Part shown: positions 1-8,225 of the stretch, one piece after another
How positions within the stretch are numbered: the first letter of the stretch is position 1
Layout: the number at the start of each line of letters is the position of its first letter
Source of the DNA: Terriglobales bacterium
Lineage (GTDB): Bacteria; Acidobacteriota; Terriglobia; Terriglobales; Acidobacteriaceae
Length of the DNA: 32,000 nucleotides
Assembly (NCBI GenBank): GCA_035651655.1
Contig: DASRFG010000001.1
Span: 1 to 32,000, forward strand
Direction: 5' to 3'
Notes under the pieces: generated by a model
Database searches by the model: none
What the model was told of the DNA's origin: nothing
What the model saw: only the letters and a program-made list of their open reading frames with translations
Translations under genes and position numbers: made by a program

Positions 1-557
1 TGGGCGACCAGTGGGTATTTGTGGCGATGGACGCGGAAACCAAGCTGGTGCCTGTGTTCACGGTAGGCAAGCGCACAGAGGAAACCACTTGGTATTTCCT
101 TAATGACCTAGCAGAGCGCCTTGCCAATCGTATCCAGCTAACCACGGATGGCTTCGTGTTCTACCAACGTCACGTCGAGGACACATTCGGCGGCGAAGTG
201 GACTTCGCACAGCTCATCAAGCTGTATGGCGATTACGGCCAGCATGGGCATGAGCACTACTCCCCAAGCCCGATCATGGAGACGATATCCAGAATACGCA
301 GCGGCGACCCCGATCCGGCCCACATCTGCACGTCCCATGTGGAAAGACAGAACCTAACCATGCGGATGCAGATGAGACGATTCACACGACTCACCAATGG
401 CTTTTCCAAAAAGCTAACCAATCTCAAGGCCGCTTGCGCTTTGCACTTCGCCCACTATAATTTCTGCCGCGTTCATTCAACCCTACGGATTACTCCGGCG
501 ATGGCGGCTGGTATTGCTGATGAGATTTGGGGGCTAGATCGTCTAGTGCCTGCTTAA
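1..557 (+). mobile_element. IS1-family-like DDE transposase, C-terminal part. The frame is open to the left window edge, so this is a 5' partial.
   Basis: Frame 3 is open from nt 3 (GDQWVFVAMDAETKL), so the GTG at 21 is not a real start. LTTDGFVFYQ and HVERQNLTMRMQMRRFTRLTNGFSKKL...HYNFCRVHSTLRITPAMAAGI parallel the E. coli IS1 InsB segments WMTDGWPLY and [25 protein letters not shown]. Stop TAA at 555-557. Confidence 0.7.
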
Positions 558-575
558 GATGAAAGGCGAACGTAA

Positions 576-782
576 ATGTCGCAAACAAGAACGTACGGAA
601 TCGTCTGTGAATACTGCAAGCAAAGGTCGTGCCTTGGTAGTGTCGAACTAGAAAAGGGCGCTCAAGACGAAGACTTGCGACGTAAGCTGCTCGAAGAAGA
701 TTGGCTATCCCCCGTTGTTCTCTGCCCCGAATGTAGGCGTCAAAGGCAATATCAACGGGACGATGTGATACTGCTGGATTGA
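576..782 (+). CDS. Small hypothetical zinc-ribbon-like protein (68 aa) with two CxxC pairs
   Basis: The ATG lies 18 nt after the transposase stop. CEYC (residues 11-14) and CPEC (residues 50-53) are about 35 residues apart, with a charged region between them. I recognise no family and the Shine-Dalgarno (SD) is weak. Confidence 0.4.
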   Translation: MSQTRTYGIVCEYCKQRSCLGSVELEKGAQDEDLRRKLLEEDWLSPVVLCPECRRQRQYQRDDVILLD

Positions 783-1100
783 GCGGTGGGAAGTACGTGC
801 CAGGTAGAGTTTTCGTAGGTGGGATTAGCCAAGTACCTTTTTCAGTTATGGATTGCATTTAGAATCCGCGTTCTGCGATTTATCGAAGGCGTATGCTAAA
901 CGCAAGAGGTGAGCTTATTAGAACACACCAAGTCAAGAGCAATCGTGATGCCATTGTCAGTCAAGAGATGACAAATGGGAATTCAGCTTAGGACAGTACC
1001 AGAACGGCTACTGAAACTGCGTTGAGGGGGAATCAAAGAGGGACGCGGAAGGAGGCAAAAACTAAGAATCCCGAGGTGATGTTGAAACCATTCTCCTCGG

Positions 1101-1370
1101 CCAGTAGCTCGCGTTTAGACCCTTGCCGACCTGCACTCGCTGCTTCCTTGCGGTCGCAACGCGCGATCGTTCCGCTCGGGCTCCGGGCTCACCGCCAACC
1201 GGGAAAACCGCTTCAACGCCTCGGGATTCTATCCTGCCCTCAACAAAGTTTCCTGTTCGTCTCGACCAGCGCTTTGCTATAGACCCTTGCTGACCCTCTG
1301 TTACTGCCTTGCAGCTGCAACAGTGATCTTGCTCGAGCCCCGGACGCCGCACCAACCGGAAAAACTTCAG
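1101..1370. repeat. Degenerate tandem duplication, noncoding: unit A 1101-1216, unit B 1266-1370, period about 164-165 nt
   Basis: By-eye alignment gives ordered shared blocks: CCAG, TAGACCCTTGC, GACC, CTGC, CTTGC, GCAAC, GATC, GCTCG, CCGG, CCAACCGG, AAAAC, CTTCA. No frame is conserved between the two copies. Confidence 0.6.
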
Positions 1371-1420
1371 AAACTGTCGAAGAACGATTATGGTTTTACT
1401 CCTCTTATTTTTTAAGTCAA

Positions 1421-1455
1421 TTACAAACATGAGATTTTAAGTTCAATGTTTGTAG
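1421..1455. repeat. AT-rich inverted repeat/hairpin (9-bp stem TACAAACAT/ATGTTTGTA, 15-nt loop) at a shift in base composition
   Basis: Arms at 1422-1430 and 1446-1454 are perfectly complementary. A T-run at 1407-1413 precedes it. Downstream sequence returns to high GC. Confidence 0.5.
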
Positions 1456-1705
1456 TTGGTTGCAGCGCGTTCACATGGGGGTGCCGAAAAGTAGTGCAAT
1501 CTCTGCGCCGGTGTGGCGGGGCGATGCGGAGGAAGCGCTTCGCAAGCAGAGTTCCACAATTGGCGGAGCGATAAACACACGAGTGCGGACGAAGGGCTTG
1601 CTGTGAAAATCTGGCGAAATCGGCATTGGACAGACATTTGAATCGAGTTTGGATCTCAGTTCCCGGCCCCATTCTTCCGCATAGTCGCTTCCTCACTTTT
1701 GCCTG

Positions 1706-3286
1706 ATGCGCGAGAGCAGCGGAATAGGTAGAATGGCGCGCTTCCCGATCATGCTGAAAAAAATCATCTGGTCCCAATACTTATTCGCTTTTCTGCTAGT
1801 AACCGTAACGTTCTCAGCGGCGCAGACTGCCACTCCGGAGCAGCGGACGGGGCGGTATCTGGAGTCGGTTCGGCGCCAACCTTCGCTGCTGTTGGCGTTC
1901 ATGCGCGAGATGCCTAAAGGCGGCGACCTGCACAACCACCTCACCGGCGCGATCTACGCGGAAAGTTTTATTCGTTGGGCGGCCGAGGATGGCTTGTGCG
2001 TGGACACCAAGACATTTCAGCTCTCCGAGGGAGGGTGCGACGAGGAAGGCAAGGCGCAGGCCAAGGCGGCGCTGGAGGACCCCGTGCTTTATCGGCAGAT
2101 GGTGGATGCCTACTCGATGCGCGACTGGAGTTCGGCGCGGGAGTCCGGTCACGACCATTTTTTCGATACGTTCTTCAAGTTCGATCGCGCCACCCGCGAT
2201 CACGTTGGCGACATGCTGGCCGAGGCTGCCGCGCAAGCGGCTGATGACCGGCTGACATATCTCGAGACCATGTTCGCGCCCGACCAGGGCCGAGCCATAC
2301 GGTTGGGTAGCAATTTGCATCTGAGCGGCGACTTTGACTGGACCAAGAACCTGGATGACATTCGCAAAGACCTGCTGGGAAGCGGACTCGAAGAGGTCGT
2401 CGCCGCGGGAAAAAGAAATCTGGATGAATTCGAAGCGCGCATGCGAGAGGACTTGCATTGCGGTAAGCCGAATGCCGAGCCAGGATGCGGAGTGACCGTG
2501 AGGTATCTGTATCAGGTCTTGCGTGGGCTTACGCCGCAGCAGGTATTTGCGCAAATATTGACCGGCTTTGAAATGGCGCAGGCAGATCCCCGGGTAGTAG
2601 GTTTCAACCTGGTGATGCCGGAGGATTGGCACGTCCCCATGCGGGATTTCGACCTGCACATGCACATGATTGATGGGCTGCGGAAATTTTATCCGCGAGT
2701 GCACATCAGCCTGCATGCCGGCGAACTGGCGCCCGGGCTAGTGCCTGACGACGGGCTGCGGTTTCACATCCGTGAGTCGGTCGAAATCGGCCACGCGGAA
2801 CGCATTGGACATGGAGTGGCTGTGATGCACGAACGCAATCCCATTGGCCTGCTGCGCGAGATGGCAACCCGCAACGTGATGGCGGAGATTTGCCTCACCA
2901 GCAACGATGTTATTTTGAATGTGCGCGGGCAGGAACACCCTCTGCCCATGTACTTGAAATATGGAGTGCCGGTGGCGCTGGCCACGGATGATGAAGGCGT
3001 ATCGCGGTCGGACATGACGCGTGAGTATATCCGCGCTGCCGAAACTTACGATCTGAGCTATTCCCAACTCAAGCGAATGGCGCGCACCAGCCTGGAACAC
3101 AGCTTCCTGCCGGGCGCGAGTTTGTGGAGTGATGGTCAAGAGTTTCGGCGGGTCGCGGCGTGCGCAGGAGACAGTCCGTCACAAAAAGCCTCAGCAGGGT
3201 GCGGGAATTTTCTGGCTGGCAGCGAAAAGGCGCGCGTGCAATGGAAGGAAGAAGGCGAGTTCGATAAGTTCGAGAGGCAGTACTGA
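1706..3286 (+). CDS. Adenosine deaminase family protein, long ADA2/ADGF-like form with an N-terminal signal peptide
   Basis: Metal and catalytic motifs of the adenosine/AMP deaminase fold are present: MPKGGDLHNHL, SLHAGE, RIGHG, ATDDEGV. The 526-aa ORF is much longer than the classical Add. MLKKIIWSQYLFAFLLVTVTFSAAQ looks like a Sec signal. Alternative starts are at 1733 and 1751 (1751 gives the cleanest signal peptide). Confidence 0.85.
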   Translation: MRESSGIGRMARFPIMLKKIIWSQYLFAFLLVTVTFSAAQTATPEQRTGRYLESVRRQPSLLLAFMREMPKGGDLHNHLTGAIYAESFIRWAAEDGLCVDTKTFQLSEGGCDEEGKAQAKAALEDPVLYRQMVDAYSMRDWSSARESGHDHFFDTFFKFDRATRDHVGDMLAEAAAQAADDRLTYLETMFAPDQGRAIRLGSNLHLSGDFDWTKNLDDIRKDLLGSGLEEVVAAGKRNLDEFEARMREDLHCGKPNAEPGCGVTVRYLYQVLRGLTPQQVFAQILTGFEMAQADPRVVGFNLVMPEDWHVPMRDFDLHMHMIDGLRKFYPRVHISLHAGELAPGLVPDDGLRFHIRESVEIGHAERIGHGVAVMHERNPIGLLREMATRNVMAEICLTSNDVILNVRGQEHPLPMYLKYGVPVALATDDEGVSRSDMTREYIRAAETYDLSYSQLKRMARTSLEHSFLPGASLWSDGQEFRRVAACAGDSPSQKASAGCGNFLAGSEKARVQWKEEGEFDKFERQY

Positions 3287-3298
3287 GGGAAGATTCTG

Positions 3299-3709
3299 AT
3301 GCCGCAGGTGAACATTTCCGGCGAGGAGCAGGAAAGGCTGCTGAGTGCGGCACGTAAAGTGATGAAGAATGCGCACGCCCCGTACTCCAAGTTTTATGTC
3401 GGCGCAGCCGTGCTGCTGGAGAACGGCAAGATCTACTCGGGGTGCAACGTAGAGAACGCCTCTTACGGCATGACGGTATGCGCCGAGCGCTGCGCAATAT
3501 TTTCTGCCGTGGCTGAGCTCGGGCCCAAAAACGTGCAGATTCGCGCGGTAGGCGTGACCACCGCGGCAGATGTTCCCGCTGCTCCCTGCGGTGCGTGCCG
3601 GCAGGTGATCTACGAATTCGGACCGGAGGCAATCATCATTTTTCGCGGCCGCAACGGCGTTCAACAGTCGCATATCACGGAATTGCTGCCGGAAGGATTT
3701 AGGCTGTAA
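3299..3709 (+). CDS. cdd: Cytidine deaminase
   Basis: Zinc-binding motifs CAERCAIF and PCGACRQ, 136 aa. A GAGGGA SD lies 8 nt upstream. It starts 12 nt after the deaminase stop. Confidence 0.9.
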   Translation: MPQVNISGEEQERLLSAARKVMKNAHAPYSKFYVGAAVLLENGKIYSGCNVENASYGMTVCAERCAIFSAVAELGPKNVQIRAVGVTTAADVPAAPCGACRQVIYEFGPEAIIIFRGRNGVQQSHITELLPEGFRL

Positions 3710-5166
3710 TGAGCGCCCCTCTGGCACGCAAAGCTATTGCCGCCGGCGGTGCCTCTTCCAAGAAGAATGCTTCCAGCAAATCTTCGGGCGATTCTTCTGC
3801 GAGCTCGCAATCGAGCATTCGAGTCGCGGATGTCATCCGCAAGAAGCGCGATGGTGGCGAGCTGTCGCGCAGGGAAATTGAATATCTGATTAACGGATAC
3901 ACGCGCGGGGAAATTCCTGACTATCAGGTGGCGGCGTGGCTGATGGCGGTGGTGCTACGGGGGATGACGCCGTCGGAGTCGGCAGCGCTCACCGAAGTGA
4001 TGCTGCACTCCGGCGAGGTGCTTGACCTCTCGGCAATTCATAGCAAGAAAGTTGATAAGCACTCAACGGGCGGCGTGGGGGACAAGACTTCCCTGGTGAT
4101 TGCACCTGTGGTCGCGGCGGCCGGGCTAGCTGTGCCCATGATCAGTGGCCGTGGCCTTGGACACACGGGCGGAACACTGGACAAGTTGGAGGCGATCCCC
4201 GGATTCAACGTGAACCTGGCGTTAAGCGATTTTCGTCGGGTTCTGGATGCGTGCGGCTGCGCCATGATAGGGCAAACTGCCGAGATCGCACCCGCCGACA
4301 AGAAGCTCTACGCGCTGCGCGACGTGACCGGAACGGTGGAGAGTCCCTACCTGATTTGCGCTTCCATCATGAGCAAGAAGCTGGCCGAAGGAATTGATGC
4401 ACTGGTGCTCGACGTAAAGACCGGCTCGGGCGCGTTCATGAAGAAAGAAGAAGACGCGGTGTTCCTGGCGCAGCTCATGGTCGAGACCGGCGACCGCATG
4501 GGAAAGAAAGTCGTTGCGCTCATCACCGACATGGACCAGCCACTGGGCCACTACGTCGGTAATGCGCTTGAAGTGGTGGAATGCATTGACGTGCTGCGCG
4601 GAAACGGGCCGGAGGATTTGCGGGAGTTGTGCCTCCACCTCTCTGGGTGGATGTTTTATTTAGGCGGACGCTCAGAGAGTGTGGCGGAAGGAAACAAAAT
4701 CGCTGCGCAGGTGATCGCATCGGGCAAAGCCTGGGAGAGATTCCGCGAGATGGCACGTCTGCAAGGCGGAGATGTGGCGACAATTGACGATCCGGCGCGA
4801 CTGCCGCGAGCCCGCGGCCATGTGGATGTTCGAAGTCCGAAGAGCGGATTCGTAAGCGCGATTCAATGCGAGCAAGTGGGCACGGCGAGCGTGCTGCTGG
4901 GTGGTGGCCGGGAAAAGAAAGAAGACACAATCGACCCGGCGGTGGGCCTGGTATTGCACAAGAAGGTTCGCGACCAGGTAACGGCGGGAGAGCCGTTGGT
5001 AACCATTCATTACAATTCCGAAGACCGGCTGGCAGCCGCTAGAAAATTGATCGAGCAAAGCTACCTGATCGCCGATGCGCCGTCTTCAGTCAGCCGGCCG
5101 CTGATTCATCGAGTAGTTGCAGCCACTTCCGCCAAAGACTCTTCGTTGACAAAGAAGGTCCACTGA
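3709..5166 (+). CDS. deoA: Thymidine / pyrimidine-nucleoside phosphorylase
   Basis: IRKKRDGGELSRREIEYLINGYTRGEIPDYQVAAWLMAV, KHSTGGVGDK and SGRGLGHTGGTLDKLE are typical of the family. The start overlaps the cdd stop (TAATG). An unusual ~35-aa Ser-rich N-terminal extension is present. Confidence 0.9.
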   Translation: MSAPLARKAIAAGGASSKKNASSKSSGDSSASSQSSIRVADVIRKKRDGGELSRREIEYLINGYTRGEIPDYQVAAWLMAVVLRGMTPSESAALTEVMLHSGEVLDLSAIHSKKVDKHSTGGVGDKTSLVIAPVVAAAGLAVPMISGRGLGHTGGTLDKLEAIPGFNVNLALSDFRRVLDACGCAMIGQTAEIAPADKKLYALRDVTGTVESPYLICASIMSKKLAEGIDALVLDVKTGSGAFMKKEEDAVFLAQLMVETGDRMGKKVVALITDMDQPLGHYVGNALEVVECIDVLRGNGPEDLRELCLHLSGWMFYLGGRSESVAEGNKIAAQVIASGKAWERFREMARLQGGDVATIDDPARLPRARGHVDVRSPKSGFVSAIQCEQVGTASVLLGGGREKKEDTIDPAVGLVLHKKVRDQVTAGEPLVTIHYNSEDRLAAARKLIEQSYLIADAPSSVSRPLIHRVVAATSAKDSSLTKKVH

Positions 5167-6399
5167 ATGGGCCGATTTACAGGCATTCTCGGGCTGTTGA
5201 CCATGCTCGGGCTGGCCTTTGCATTCTCTACAAACCGGCGCAGGATCAATCCGAAGACCGTCGCCTGGGGACTGGGATTGCAGTTTGCTTTTGCGCTGTT
5301 TGTTCTTCGGGTGGAGATCGGGCGCACTATATTTCAAAAACTCGGCGATGCGGTAAACAAGCTGCTGAGCTATTCATTCGCCGGGTCGGAATTCGTTTTT
5401 GGTGAGCTGGGGAAAAAGACATCGCACCTGGGTTTCTATTTTGCCTTTCAGGTGCTGCCCACCATCATCTTTATTGCCGCATTTTTTGCGGTGCTCTATC
5501 ACTTCGGGGTAATGCAGTTCATCATTCGTCAGGCGGCGCGAGTGATGACGCGCTTCATGGGCGCGAGTGGGGTGGAGTCGCTGAACGTGGCGGCCAGCAT
5601 CTTCATGGGGCAAACCGAAGCGCCCTTAACCATCCGTCCGTATTTGCCCAACGTGACGCGGTCGGAATTGATGACCATCATGACCAGCGGGATGGCGCAC
5701 GTTTCCGGCGGGATCATGGGTGCGTACATTCTGTTCGGAATCGAAGCCAAGCACCTGTTGAGCGCGGTGATCATGACGGCGCCAGGTACCATTCTGATTT
5801 CGAAGATGCTGGTGCCGGAAACGGAAACGCCGCTTACCGCGGGCGAGGTGAAGCTGGTTGATGTGGAAAAAAGCGAAAATGCCCTGGGCGCAATTGCCAA
5901 AGGCACGCTGGATGGGCTGAACCTGGCGCTGAATGTGGGCGCGATGCTGATTTCCTTTCTCGCGCTTATCGCGCTCAGCAATGGCATTCTGGGCGGCATT
6001 CACAATGGGCTGGCGCACATCGGTTTCCCGTGGTTCCCAACCAGCCTGGAGCAGGTCTTCGGCACTCTGTTCGCGCCGATTGCGTGGGTGATCGGCGTGC
6101 CATGGAGGGACTGCCCGGTAATCGGCAATCTCCTGGGCACGCGCATGGTGATCAACGAACTTGTGGCGTTTTCTCTTTTAGCCCCGCAGCGGGCGGGCCT
6201 GGATCCGAGATCTTTTACTATTGCAACCTTTGCGCTATGCGGATTTGCCAACTTCAGCTCGATAGGAATTCAGATCGGCGGCATCGGCGCATTGGCGCCC
6301 AATAAGCGGGGGGAGTTGGCGAAATTGGGTATACGCGCCATGTTGGCGGGCACCATGGCCAACTTGATGTCGGCTTCGATCGCGGGAATGCTGTTGTGA
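5167..6399 (+). CDS. nupC: NupC/CNT-family concentrative nucleoside transporter
   Basis: A 410-aa polytopic membrane protein with CNT-type segments (GTEFVFG-like GSEFVFGEL, NEFVAF-like INELVAFS). The ATG directly abuts the deoA stop (TGAATG). Confidence 0.9.
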   Translation: MGRFTGILGLLTMLGLAFAFSTNRRRINPKTVAWGLGLQFAFALFVLRVEIGRTIFQKLGDAVNKLLSYSFAGSEFVFGELGKKTSHLGFYFAFQVLPTIIFIAAFFAVLYHFGVMQFIIRQAARVMTRFMGASGVESLNVAASIFMGQTEAPLTIRPYLPNVTRSELMTIMTSGMAHVSGGIMGAYILFGIEAKHLLSAVIMTAPGTILISKMLVPETETPLTAGEVKLVDVEKSENALGAIAKGTLDGLNLALNVGAMLISFLALIALSNGILGGIHNGLAHIGFPWFPTSLEQVFGTLFAPIAWVIGVPWRDCPVIGNLLGTRMVINELVAFSLLAPQRAGLDPRSFTIATFALCGFANFSSIGIQIGGIGALAPNKRGELAKLGIRAMLAGTMANLMSASIAGMLL

Positions 6400-7259
6400 G
6401 CAGTGAGGCCAGAACGCACCAGGCAACCGACGAGTTCAGCCGCGTAGAACAGGCTGCGCAATTTGTTCTGAGTAAGACCCAGCTTCGACCCAAGGTAGCC
6501 GTCGTGCTCGGCTCCGGGCTAGGCGCGTTCGGCGACGAAGTGCGCGAGCCGACGCGTGTTCCCTATCAGGCAATTCCCTTCTTTCCCCGTTCCACTGCGG
6601 CTGGGCACGCCGGACAGCTGGTGATTGGCAAATCGGGAGAAGTGCCGGTCGCGGCGATGCAGGGGCGCGTCCATCTCTATGAAGGTTATTCGGCCCACAA
6701 CGTGGCATTTCCCATGCGGGTGCTGGCACGCATGGGCGTAAAGTCCGCAATCCTGACCAACGCCGCTGGCGGCATTAACCTGGAATACAAGCAAGGTGCG
6801 CTGGTGGTAATCAACGATCACATCAACTTGCAGGGACACAATCCGCTGGTCGGAGAAAATGATGAGCGGTTTGGGCCACGCTTTCCAGACATGACGCGGG
6901 CCTACCACAAAGCCTACCTGGAGATCGCGCTCGCTGAAGCCAAGCGTCTGGACCTCGAGACACACCAGGGGGTTTACGCCGCGCTGCTCGGCCCGAGCTA
7001 CGAGACTCCGGCGGAGATCCGCTACCTGCGCGCAATTGGCGCGGATTTGGTGGGCATGTCAACGGTGGCGGAAACGATCGCAGCGCGGCAGATGGGGGTG
7101 CGGGTGCTGGCAATCTCCTGCGTGACCAATATGGCGGCGGGAATTTTGGACAAGCCACTGGACCATCGCGAAGTGCTGGAAACTGGTGAGCGGGTGAAGG
7201 GACAGTTCATTGCGCTGCTGAGGGCGGTCATCCCCCAAATTGCGAGGGACACTGAGTGA
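6396..7259 (+). CDS. punA: Purine nucleoside phosphorylase (trimeric PNP/MTAP-family type)
   Basis: GSGLGAF, STAAGHAGQLVIG, MQGRVHLYEGY and VGMSTVAE are present. The GTG start overlaps the nupC stop (GTGA). Confidence 0.9.
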   Translation: MSSEARTHQATDEFSRVEQAAQFVLSKTQLRPKVAVVLGSGLGAFGDEVREPTRVPYQAIPFFPRSTAAGHAGQLVIGKSGEVPVAAMQGRVHLYEGYSAHNVAFPMRVLARMGVKSAILTNAAGGINLEYKQGALVVINDHINLQGHNPLVGENDERFGPRFPDMTRAYHKAYLEIALAEAKRLDLETHQGVYAALLGPSYETPAEIRYLRAIGADLVGMSTVAETIAARQMGVRVLAISCVTNMAAGILDKPLDHREVLETGERVKGQFIALLRAVIPQIARDTE

Positions 7260-7270
7260 TCAAATTTGGC

Positions 7271-8170
7271 TTACTTGCGCGAAATGAACAATGGCACGGG
7301 TGGGCTGATTTTGTAAGTCTGGGCGAAATTTCTCTGGTTTACCGCCAGACTCAAGCGCCCGCGGGAATCTATGAAAAGCAGTGGCTTGCCCACGGGCACG
7401 TCGCCAAAAGTGCGCGCGAACGGTAAGGTCATCTCGGTTGATCCAAGCTTAATCCGCGCGGTATCTCCGAATTCATAACCCAGCTTACGAAATTCTTCCC
7501 CGCTGATGTTGGTGATCAGGTTGCCGAACGGCCCATCGAGCGCGATGACTTCTCCGCTGATTCCGCGCTGCTCAACTTTTGCGGCAGCAATCGGGAGACG
7601 CACCAATTCTTTCAGCTCCGGCCCTACCTGCGTCCAATCGTCACCTCGGGCGAGGTGAGCGCCAACCGGCGAGAAAATGTCGCGGCCATGAAAAGTGGAG
7701 GAAAGGGCGCTGCCGATCATCCATGCTTTGTTGGTGATCTCGCGCGCGCCTTCGATGCCATCGCGGTCCTCGACCATGGTCATCAGCCCATTATCGGGTA
7801 GCACAAAGTATTGACCGCGCCTCGACTTCGCAACGATAGCTTTGCGGCTGGTGCCAACGCCGGGATCGATGACCACAACGAAAACCGTCCCCGCGGGATA
7901 ATAGGGCGTAGTGCCAAACAAAAAACGCGCTCCGTCGGCGATGGAAAACGGCGTGACCTGGTGAGTAAGGTCGATGATCCGGACCTCGGGGGCTATGCCA
8001 AGCATGACACCTTTACAGATGGGAACGGCGTCATCCTGAGTGCCAAAATCCGTCATGAATACGATGATGGGGCGCTGAGGCGCGCTTTGCTGAGCGGCAA
8101 CCGGAACAGCCGCGAGTGCGACGATTACGGCCAGAATGAGAAACGAATTTCCCCGAAAAGAGAAGGTCAT
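7271..8170 (-). CDS. SAM hydroxide adenosyltransferase family protein (DUF62, the fluorinase/chlorinase-related fold) with a predicted N-terminal signal peptide
   Basis: Family signatures are TDFG, VIDPGVGT, LPDNG and STFHGRDIF. Thirty-four residues precede the domain, with n-h-c organisation (MTFSFRGNSFLILAVIVALAAVPVAAQQ). An alternative internal ATG at 8056 would give MTDFG. Confidence 0.85.
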   Translation of the reverse strand: MTFSFRGNSFLILAVIVALAAVPVAAQQSAPQRPIIVFMTDFGTQDDAVPICKGVMLGIAPEVRIIDLTHQVTPFSIADGARFLFGTTPYYPAGTVFVVVIDPGVGTSRKAIVAKSRRGQYFVLPDNGLMTMVEDRDGIEGAREITNKAWMIGSALSSTFHGRDIFSPVGAHLARGDDWTQVGPELKELVRLPIAAAKVEQRGISGEVIALDGPFGNLITNISGEEFRKLGYEFGDTARIKLGSTEMTLPFARTFGDVPVGKPLLFIDSRGRLSLAVNQRNFAQTYKISPPVPLFISRK

Positions 8171-8225
8171 TGTGGGTTAAGGAAGAACATTGTAGCCGGA
8201 GAAAAGGTCAAACGAAAATGGGCGA

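Noticed and set aside
1101-1370. CRISPR array or integron attC interpretation of the tandem units
   Set aside because: There are only two copies, each far longer than a CRISPR repeat and diverged. There is no regular repeat-spacer architecture, and no cas or intI gene is in the window.
560-1700. tRNA or tmRNA gene as an integration target next to the IS remnant
   Set aside because: I found no GGTTCGAATCC-like T-arm or cloverleaf-compatible segment by eye on either strand. The same holds for the rest of the window.
1455-1705. Possible purine, 2'-dG or other riboswitch in front of the adenosine deaminase operon
   Set aside because: I looked for the conserved purine-riboswitch core (UAUAAU...GAUAUGG...GUUUCUACC...CCGUAAA...GACUA) and for ZTP- or PRPP-like cores and found none. 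Only a covariance-model scan could settle this.
1814-2716. 300-aa ORF on the minus strand
   Set aside because: It is antisense to the adenosine deaminase gene, which has clear catalytic motifs, and it has no motifs of its own.
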